35,553 nt of DNA, taken from positions 1 through 35,553 of IMG/VR virus record IMGVR_UViG_3300020003_000008; one strand, given 5' to 3'. The translations under genes and the position numbers were made by a program. Source of the stretch: a virus. Lineage: Duplodnaviria; Caudoviricetes. Of the stretch, positions 27,903 to 33,585 are shown piece after piece. Position 1 is the stretch's first letter, and each line of letters opens with the position of its first letter. The notes under the pieces were generated by a model. That model was given only the letters and a program-made list of their open reading frames with translations. It had not been told where the DNA came from and did not search any database.

Positions 27903-27924
27903 GGTTGTCGGACTCCTTCTTGGG

Positions 27925-28023
27925 TGGTGCACGTTCCAGCGCCGCGGGGGAGGACTACACAGGCGCTGACCGCCCGTAGGCCGGAGGTGTTCGTGATCCT
28001 CCCGACATCCGGCTGGCGGTGCA
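27925..28023 (-). ncRNA. Putative three-way-junction RNA with complementary (kissing) loops
   Basis: Closing stem TGCAC/GTGCA; hairpin with CGCC/GGCG and GCCGGA/TCCGGC stems and loop GGGAGGA; hairpin CAGCGCC/GGCGCTG with loop TCCTCCC. Confidence 0.55.
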
Positions 28024-28026
28024 TGG

Positions 28027-28103
28027 TGGTTGCGGGCCAGGGAATCGAACCCTGCTGCTTCGGGCGTATGGGGCCCGGCGGGTCGTCCAGACCGCTGCCC
28101 GCA
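28027..28103 (-). tRNA. Atypical tRNA with CAT anticodon (initiator-Met-like)
   Basis: Acceptor TGCGGGC/GCCCGCA+A+CCA; T arm CAGGG-TTCGATT-CCCTG; anticodon arm CGGGC-CCCATAC-GCCCG; short D arm GGTC-TGGAC-GACC. Confidence 0.85.
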
Positions 28104-28306
28104 CCGTGATGTGTCAGTCTGGCATTAGGGTCCCGGCTGTCGCCGCCCCAAATCGCTTCCCCTCGCACCTGCGAGGCGGCGAAAAAGGGGGAGCCGGGGG
28201 GTCGGCGGGGGCCCCGCGAACACGGTCGAGGGGGGCCAAGGTGGGGGAAGGCACGCTCCACTGCGCTGCAAGTATGCGTACTACCTCACCTCTGACGTAT
28301 CACGGA

Positions 28307-28642
28307 CTACTTCAGCGGGTCGGCCTCGATCACGTCCGCGATCTGACCAGGCGCCTGTTGCACGATGGTGAGCGCGAGCAGTGGAGGCCGCTCGTCACCT
28401 CTGAGACCCCCACCAAGGCCGGCCACGACCTCACCAAGGGCCAGCAAGGCGTCCGCGCTGCGCTGCCTGGCCGCCCAGTCTATGCCGTAGCGGTTTACGG
28501 CCGTCTTCATGGCGGTCACGTGCGTCATGATCGCGTCCTTGAGGTGCTCGTCGAGCAGCCCCAGGTGGGCGACGCGCGCGGCCAGCGCGCCCTTGCCGTA
28601 GTCGTTGCGGCGGCGTGCGAGCGCCGACTTGCCCACTGACAC
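28307..28642 (-). CDS. Putative terminase small subunit (first late gene)
   Basis: AAGGAG SD; helical 111 aa with C-terminal LTIV...VIEA tail; the call rests mainly on position upstream of TerL. Confidence 0.5.
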   Translation of the reverse strand: MSVGKSALARRRNDYGKGALAARVAHLGLLDEHLKDAIMTHVTAMKTAVNRYGIDWAARQRSADALLALGEVVAGLGGGLRGDERPPLLALTIVQQAPGQIADVIEADPLK

Positions 28643-28818
28643 GATCAGGCTCCTTGGGTGAGGGGCCCTCCCGGGCCGGCAAGGCGGGGACCGGCCAAGG
28701 GAGGGCGTGAGGCGGGGTTTCGGCTGCTGAGGACAGAGATCCCTATGCCCTTTGTTCCCCGGCCGGCCCGACTATTTCGCGCCGGCGGCCGCGGCGGGCC
28801 GTTCAACGGCTACCAGGG

Positions 28819-28835
28819 TTGGCACGGTTCTTGAG
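28819..28835 (+). promoter_or_regulatory. Sigma54-like -24/-12 element
   Basis: TTGGCACGGTTCTTGAG versus consensus YTGGCACGNNNNTTGCW; spacing correct, -12 is GA instead of GC. Confidence 0.4.
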
Positions 28836-28967
28836 TAGTATATGTATATGGTATAGGTCACCCACAAGGATCAATCCTCAAGCCCCTGTGGTGAGCACAT
28901 GCGTGCTCACCCTGGGAGATGATAGATGAAGGATGTAGGGTAAACCTTCTACCCTTCACCCTTCACC

Positions 28968-29213
28968 TCAACCCCGCGACCCCCTGCCGGCCCCGCACCC
29001 TGCGGGGCCCGTAGGACCCTCGTCGCCCACCAGCTCGTCAATCGTGCACCCAAAGTACACCGCCAGCCGCCGCAGGTTGGCCGACCTTGGCTCATCGTCG
29101 TCCCTCTCCCACTTGCTGACCTGCGAGGTGCTCACCCCCAAGGCACTGGCCAGGGCCTGCTGCGAGACGCGCGCGGCGCGGCGCGCTGCTTGGATCCGGG
29201 CGCCGGTCGTCAT
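28968..29213 (-). CDS. XRE/Cro-CI family HTH transcriptional regulator
   Basis: GARIQAARR...SQQALASALGVSTSQVSKWERD..EP....LRRLAVYFGCTIDELV. Confidence 0.92.
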   Translation of the reverse strand: MTTGARIQAARRAARVSQQALASALGVSTSQVSKWERDDDEPRSANLRRLAVYFGCTIDELVGDEGPTGPAGCGAGRGSRG

Positions 29214-29220
29214 GGTTGAA

Positions 29221-29250
29221 TGAGTACAGCCCTTGGGCCCGGCCGGTCAA
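29221..29250 (-). promoter_or_regulatory. Leftward promoter for the HTH gene, probably leaderless
   Basis: TTGACC-18 nt-TACTCA, then 7 nt to the ATG; no SD. Confidence 0.5.
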
Positions 29251-29262
29251 GAAAGATTGTGC

Positions 29263-29291
29263 TTGACCTAGGCCCAAGGGCCGCGTACCAT
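29263..29291 (+). promoter_or_regulatory. Rightward sigma70-type early promoter
   Basis: TTGACC-17 nt-TACCAT, followed by a GAGGAGG SD at 29303-29309. Confidence 0.8.
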
Positions 29292-29318
29292 GGGCCCAGG
29301 TCGAGGAGGACCAAAGTG

Positions 29319-29510
29319 ATGAGAGCAGCGGACCACAAGGCAGTGCGGGCGGCCTTCAAGCACACGCACCCGTTTGGCGGGTGGTGCTCCGAGTGCTGCG
29401 ATGAGACGTGGGGCGAGGTGGCGGTCTGCGGCGCAGAGATCCTGCTGCCGACCGGCCTGCGGCGTTGCACCGAGCCTCGGCCGTGCGCGATCCACGGGGA
29501 GGTGCGGTGA
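29319..29510 (+). CDS. Cys-rich hypothetical early protein
   Basis: Strong SD; HxH...CxxC and C...C...CxxH. Confidence 0.7.
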   Translation: MRAADHKAVRAAFKHTHPFGGWCSECCDETWGEVAVCGAEILLPTGLRRCTEPRPCAIHGEVR

Positions 29511-29806
29511 TGAAGCTCTACAGCGTGCGCTACGGGAAGCTGGTCGAGGGCGAGGTGATCCGCGAGTCGAAGCACTTCTACTTCTTCGCGAACAGCGACG
29601 TGCCCGGCTGGTCGACGCGCCTGGACAAGACGCCGGCCGGGCTCCGGCACTGTGGTGTCGCCACCACGCCGCAGGGTGCGTGGGAGATCGAGCAGCTTGA
29701 GGCGCGCGAGCAGGAGATCAGGCTCTGGCTCGCGGCCGAGCAGAACGTGGGCCGGCTGCAGACCGCGCAGCGGGCGCTCGATGCGATCCGGGTGGAGGTG
29801 CGGTGA
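29510..29806 (+). CDS. Hypothetical early protein
   Basis: GGAGG SD, TGATG overlap; MKLYSVRYGKLVEGEVIRESK... Confidence 0.75.
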   Translation: MKLYSVRYGKLVEGEVIRESKHFYFFANSDVPGWSTRLDKTPAGLRHCGVATTPQGAWEIEQLEAREQEIRLWLAAEQNVGRLQTAQRALDAIRVEVR

Positions 29807-29886
29807 TGCTGCCGCCGGTGTGCCGCCACTGCGGCCTGGTCTACCAGCTCCTGTGCTTCTGCCTGGGCGCGCAGGGGGCCCGATGA
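29806..29886 (+). CDS. 26-aa Cys-rich peptide
   Basis: GGAGG SD, TGATG overlap; MLPPVCRHCGLVYQLLCFCLGAQGAR; ATGA overlap downstream. Confidence 0.55.
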   Translation: MLPPVCRHCGLVYQLLCFCLGAQGAR

Positions 29887-30068
29887 TCGGCGACGGTGGC
29901 CACAACCGCCTCTGCGTCTGTGGGTGCAGCGAGTACGTGGTGCAGGACGAGAACAACACGACCCGCTACCACTACAGCGAGGCGTGCGCGTGGCGGATGC
30001 TGCAGGCGAGCGAGCTGAAGCGGGGCGCCTTGGCCCTGGCGGTCGACACCACTGAGGAGGGGAACTGA
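29883..30068 (+). CDS. Hypothetical protein with CxCGC motif
   Basis: MIGDGGHNRLCVCGC...YHYSEAC. Confidence 0.6.
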   Translation: MIGDGGHNRLCVCGCSEYVVQDENNTTRYHYSEACAWRMLQASELKRGALALAVDTTEEGN

Positions 30069-30070
30069 CC

Positions 30071-31078
30071 ATGGCGCACAACCTGACCCTGAACAACGGC
30101 AAGTACGAGTTCGCGTACGCGGGCGAGGCCCCCTGGCACGCCCTTGGCCAGCAGCTCCCGGGCGTGGCCACCAAGGACGACATCCTCAAGGCCGCCGGCC
30201 TGGAGTGGGTGGTGCAGCGCGAGAAGCTGTACATCAACAACCCGGGCGGCGCCTACGAGGTGCCCGACTTCGTCGCCAACGTGCGCAGCGACACGCGCGA
30301 GGTGCTGGGCGTGGTCTCGAAGGACTACCGGCTCATCCAGAACGGCGACGCGCTCGCGTTCGTCGATTCGCTGGCGCAGTCGGCCGGGGCGAAGTACCAC
30401 ACGGCCGGCAGCATCCGGCGGGGCCGCCAGGTGTTCGCCACCGCGAAGCTGCCGGCGTCCATCACGGTCCTGCCGGACGACGTGGTCGACCAGTACCTGC
30501 TCCTGGTGAACGCGCACGATGGCAGCCTCGGTTTCCACCTCCGGTGGACGACCGTCCGCGTGGTCTGTAACAACACCCTGACGGCGGCGCTCGCCGGCGG
30601 GGCGTCCTACCAGTACACCGTGCGGCACGTGGGTGACCTGGACGCCCAGCTCCGCGAGGCGGCCAAGGCGCTCGGCGTGGCCAACCGCTACTTCGAGGTG
30701 GCCGGCGAGGCGTACCGCGCGCTCGCGGCGAAGGATCTCACCAGCACCGAGTTCATGCACTTCCTCACCGAGTTCCTGCCGGTTTCGATTCCCGCGTCAG
30801 CGGAGTTCTCGCAGGCTCAGGCCGAGGACCGTGACCGTGTGGTGCTCGCGCGCTCGCGCATCAGCGAGTTGTACGAGGGTGGGCTGGGCACCGACCTTCC
30901 GGGCGTGCGCGGCACCGCGTGGGGCGCGTACAACGCCGCCACCGAGTGGATCGACCGGGTGCGCACCGCCCGGCAGGACGGCACCCTGCGCTCCAACGCC
31001 GCGGAGGCGGCCGTCCTGGGCGTGGGACAGGATCTCCGCAACCGGGCCATGGCGTCAGCCCTCGCCCTGGTGTCGTAA
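30071..31078 (+). CDS. DUF932 (LGT_TIGR03299-like) phage/plasmid protein
   Basis: MAH...PWHALG...AGLEWVV...RSDT..VLGVVSKDY..IQN...AGSIRRGR...NAHDGS...VRVVCNNT...GTAWGAYNAATEW.D. Confidence 0.92.
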   Translation: MAHNLTLNNGKYEFAYAGEAPWHALGQQLPGVATKDDILKAAGLEWVVQREKLYINNPGGAYEVPDFVANVRSDTREVLGVVSKDYRLIQNGDALAFVDSLAQSAGAKYHTAGSIRRGRQVFATAKLPASITVLPDDVVDQYLLLVNAHDGSLGFHLRWTTVRVVCNNTLTAALAGGASYQYTVRHVGDLDAQLREAAKALGVANRYFEVAGEAYRALAAKDLTSTEFMHFLTEFLPVSIPASAEFSQAQAEDRDRVVLARSRISELYEGGLGTDLPGVRGTAWGAYNAATEWIDRVRTARQDGTLRSNAAEAAVLGVGQDLRNRAMASALALVS

Positions 31079-31137
31079 GGCCGAAACGGCGGGGCCGCCC
31101 CCGCCGTCCACGGGTGCGTGCCCGTGCTGAGGAGGCC
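31079..31137 (+). ncRNA. Type II hammerhead ribozyme
   Basis: GGCC-GAAA-stem III (CGGCGGGG/CCCCGCCG)-TC-stem I (CACGGG/CCCGTG)-CTGAGGA-GGCC; all core nucleotides present; predicted cleavage after GUC at 31108. Confidence 0.92.
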
Positions 31138-31142
31138 AAGTG

Positions 31143-31334
31143 ATGGCGAACAGGTTCGGGTGTCTACGAGTAGGCAGCCGCGGCGCCCACTGCGCCGTCT
31201 GGTACGAGGAGGAGCACACGTGCTGCTACTGCGGCGTGAGGACGGGGAGCGGCCCCGAAGAACTGGATTGGTCCGGCCTGCGTGACGACGACACGTCGGA
31301 GCCGCTGGGCCACGACGAGGGCGGCGAAGCGTAG
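31143..31334 (+). CDS. Cys-rich hypothetical protein
   Basis: GAGGAGG SD inside the ribozyme core; HC...CCYCG. Confidence 0.65.
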   Translation: MANRFGCLRVGSRGAHCAVWYEEEHTCCYCGVRTGSGPEELDWSGLRDDDTSEPLGHDEGGEA

Positions 31335-31394
31335 CGTCATGGTTGGCCGGGGCACTTGGGCCCGGCGCGGGAGACGTGGGACATGGAGCTGGTG

Positions 31395-31562
31395 ATGAGC
31401 GTGACAGGTGACGCGTTGAAGTTCCTCAAGCTGTTCGCGCAGGCGGTGTCGGCCAGCGTACGCGCCGGCTTCACCGGCACGGTGACGGTCGAGCTGCACT
31501 TCCACCAGGGAGGCCTGACGCGCGCGACGGCATCGGACAAGGGGGTGCTCGACCTGAAGTAG
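31395..31562 (+). CDS. DUF2292/YezD-like small protein (start 31383 or 31395)
   Basis: Helix followed by GFTGTVTVELHFHQGGLT beta-hairpin pattern. Confidence 0.55.
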   Translation: MSVTGDALKFLKLFAQAVSASVRAGFTGTVTVELHFHQGGLTRATASDKGVLDLK

Positions 31563-31642
31563 GGGAGCGAACCAACGGGCGGCCCGTCGCCACCGCGACG
31601 CGCGTAGTTCCGCCCAGCATGTAGACGCCAGGACCGTCAACC

Positions 31643-31686
31643 AAAAGACGCCCGGCGAGGGATAGCCCTCGGCCGGGCGTTTCTGT
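31643..31686 (+). terminator. Intrinsic terminator
   Basis: ACGCCCGGC-GAGGG-ATAG-CCCTC-G-GCCGGGCGT followed by TTCTGT; preceded by AAAA. Confidence 0.7.
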
Positions 31687-31727
31687 GCCCACGCGCGCTG
31701 TCCCTCGCCGGCCGAGGGAGGCAGCGC

Positions 31728-32069
31728 ATGACCGAGCACGACTTCGAGACCTTGGTCGTCAGGATCCGCCCGGAACTGGTCCGCATCGCGGCCCGCCGGT
31801 GCGGGCGAGACAACGCGGAGGACGCCGTCCAGAAGGCGATCACTCAAGTCTGGCTCGCCGGCCGGTGGGCCACCTACCCGACGGAGCGCACGACCGGCCT
31901 CCTACGCCAGGCCGCCGCCCGCAAGGGGATCAACGAACTGCGGGGGCTCGGGCGCCTGCGGGCCGCCCAAACAAATCTCGCGGTGCTGGGGAACAAGGGG
32001 CACAAGCACGCGAACCCGGCGGCCTACCGGGACCGAAGCAACAACCACAAGGGGGAGGGAGACCGATGA
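31728..32069 (+). CDS. Sigma70/ECF region-2-like protein lacking region 4
   Basis: GGGAGG SD; FETLV....PELVRIAARRCGRDNAEDAVQKA..QVW...LRQAAARKGINELR. Confidence 0.7.
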   Translation: MTEHDFETLVVRIRPELVRIAARRCGRDNAEDAVQKAITQVWLAGRWATYPTERTTGLLRQAAARKGINELRGLGRLRAAQTNLAVLGNKGHKHANPAAYRDRSNNHKGEGDR

Positions 32070-32224
32070 ACACGCTGGTGATCCAGATCGACCCGGAGCT
32101 GATGCGCTGCATCGACGCAGCCGCGCTGCGTGGGCGTGCCGAGGCGATCGTGCCCAGCGTGCAGGAGAGCGAGTGGCGGCAGGCGCTGAAGGAAGACATC
32201 CAGCACGGCAAGAGCAACGAGTGA
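32066..32224 (+). CDS. Hypothetical protein (possibly ribbon-helix-helix-like)
   Basis: GGAGG SD; TLVIQIDPELMRCIDAAA. Confidence 0.55.
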   Translation: MNTLVIQIDPELMRCIDAAALRGRAEAIVPSVQESEWRQALKEDIQHGKSNE

Positions 32225-32400
32225 TGCACGCACTGGAGGTGATCACGGCGACGAATGCCCGCGCAGTGGTGGCGGCGTACTCCCGGGCGCTCGACGTGGG
32301 CGACTGGGAGCGCGCCAACGAAATCGGAACAGCCAACCCCGACCTGTTCAGGCCGGGTGCGTGGGGCCTGATGGTCCCGCGGAAGGAGAGCGCACAGTGA
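32224..32400 (+). CDS. Hypothetical protein
   Basis: TGATG overlap; tiles the operon. Confidence 0.6.
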   Translation: MHALEVITATNARAVVAAYSRALDVGDWERANEIGTANPDLFRPGAWGLMVPRKESAQ

Positions 32401-32918
32401 AGTACCCAAGCAACGGTGGCAACTTCGCGAACTTCAACAACGTGGGCGATCGGTACGACGGGACCTACCTCTGCGAGCGTGCCGTCCCCAGCCAGTACGG
32501 CGGCGACGACCGCTGCATCGAGGTGACGCTGGCCAACGGCGGAACGGTGCTGGTGCGCCTCAACCTGGCCGCCATCGGCAGGCAGTGGGCGTACGCCAAG
32601 ACGAAGCAGGCGCCGCGTGTCGGCGAGCGCCTGTCGTTCGAATTCATGTCGAAGTACGACTCGAAGAAGTTTGGCCCGGGCCGCGGCAAGAACGTCGAGA
32701 TCGACTTCCTCGACCGCGTGGTGGGCGAGGCCGCGGTGGCGGTGGAAACCACGGGCACCCTGGTGGCCGGCGCCGGCGCGGCCCTGGAAGCGGCCTACGA
32801 CGTGGCCGTCTCGATGAAGGGCGAGGCGACCGCCAAGCAGATCCGCGCGGCGGTGGAGTCGGTCGAGAAGGACCCGGCGGCGCAGGCGCGCATGCTGCTC
32901 AAGGCGGTGGGCGCATGA
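32397..32918 (+). CDS. Putative OB-fold ssDNA-binding protein
   Basis: AAGGAG SD; FANFNNVGDRYDGTY...SQYG...PRVGERLSFEF...GKNVEI. Confidence 0.55.
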   Translation: MKYPSNGGNFANFNNVGDRYDGTYLCERAVPSQYGGDDRCIEVTLANGGTVLVRLNLAAIGRQWAYAKTKQAPRVGERLSFEFMSKYDSKKFGPGRGKNVEIDFLDRVVGEAAVAVETTGTLVAGAGAALEAAYDVAVSMKGEATAKQIRAAVESVEKDPAAQARMLLKAVGA

Positions 32919-33265
32919 CCGGCCCGGGCCGCCACCTCGGCACCAACGGCTTCCTGCGGCTCCTGGGCAAGGCCCGCCGGTCGCCGCGGTTGGGGTACTT
33001 CCGCCTCGACGGCGTCTACATCCGCGCGTACGCCAACGGCGACGACGCCTGCCCGATCACGGCCGTCTGCTACGACCAGACGGGCAAGTACCACGGGGTG
33101 GCCCAGTTCCGCTCGGCGGCCGCCGCGCTGCGCATCCCGCGCGCGCTGCGAAGCGCCATCCTCGACGCAGCGGACTCCACGTTCGAGCCGCGCTCGCGCT
33201 CCAAGGCCGCCCTGCTGCGCCGGCAGATGCTCAAGGTGCTCGGCCTGACGGAGGTGGGGGCATGA
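32915..33265 (+). CDS. Hypothetical protein
   Basis: ATGA overlaps; CPITAVC...ILDAAD...LRRQMLKVLGL. Confidence 0.7.
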   Translation: MTGPGRHLGTNGFLRLLGKARRSPRLGYFRLDGVYIRAYANGDDACPITAVCYDQTGKYHGVAQFRSAAAALRIPRALRSAILDAADSTFEPRSRSKAALLRRQMLKVLGLTEVGA

Positions 33266-33585
33266 GCGCCCCCGCGCTCCCGCCGATCATCGAGCTGTAC
33301 ATCAGCGAGATGGCCAGCGGCGCCGAGACCGCGCGGCACGCGCGCGAGGGCTTCGATGCCGAGCAAGGTGTCTGGGAGGCGCAGGCGGACGCCATCGCCT
33401 CGCGCATCGTCCAGAAGTTGGACGAAACGCTCGCCGCCGAAGTCACGGCCATCCTGGCCGACAACCCGGCCGCGTGCCTCCACAAGGTGGCCGGCGTGTT
33501 CATCGACTTGCCGCGGCGCTACGACGCGTACTTCAAGACGCTCTTGGCGCTGCTCGGCGTCGACCCGGAGGAGGCCGGCAAGTGA
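33262..33585 (+). CDS. Hypothetical protein
   Basis: GGAGG SD, overlaps on both sides. Confidence 0.7.
   Translation: MSAPALPPIIELYISEMASGAETARHAREGFDAEQGVWEAQADAIASRIVQKLDETLAAEVTAILADNPAACLHKVAGVFIDLPRRYDAYFKTLLALLGVDPEEAGK

Noticed and set aside
27903-28026. Theta/HDV-like ribozyme after the tRNA
   Set aside because: No G at the tRNA 3' junction, and I could not build the nested double pseudoknot; a 3-way junction fits better.
28024-28060. tRNA 3' end as an attP core
   Set aside because: The tRNA is full length, no duplicate copy or integrase is in the window, and it sits inside the late operon; cannot be fully excluded without the host genome.
28726-28760. CTGAGGA as another hammerhead core
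   Set aside because: No matching GAAA or flanking stems found.
30015-30065. Second hammerhead around CTGAGGA at 30052
   Set aside because: No GAAA core and no stem I/II pairing; explained as the SD of DUF932.
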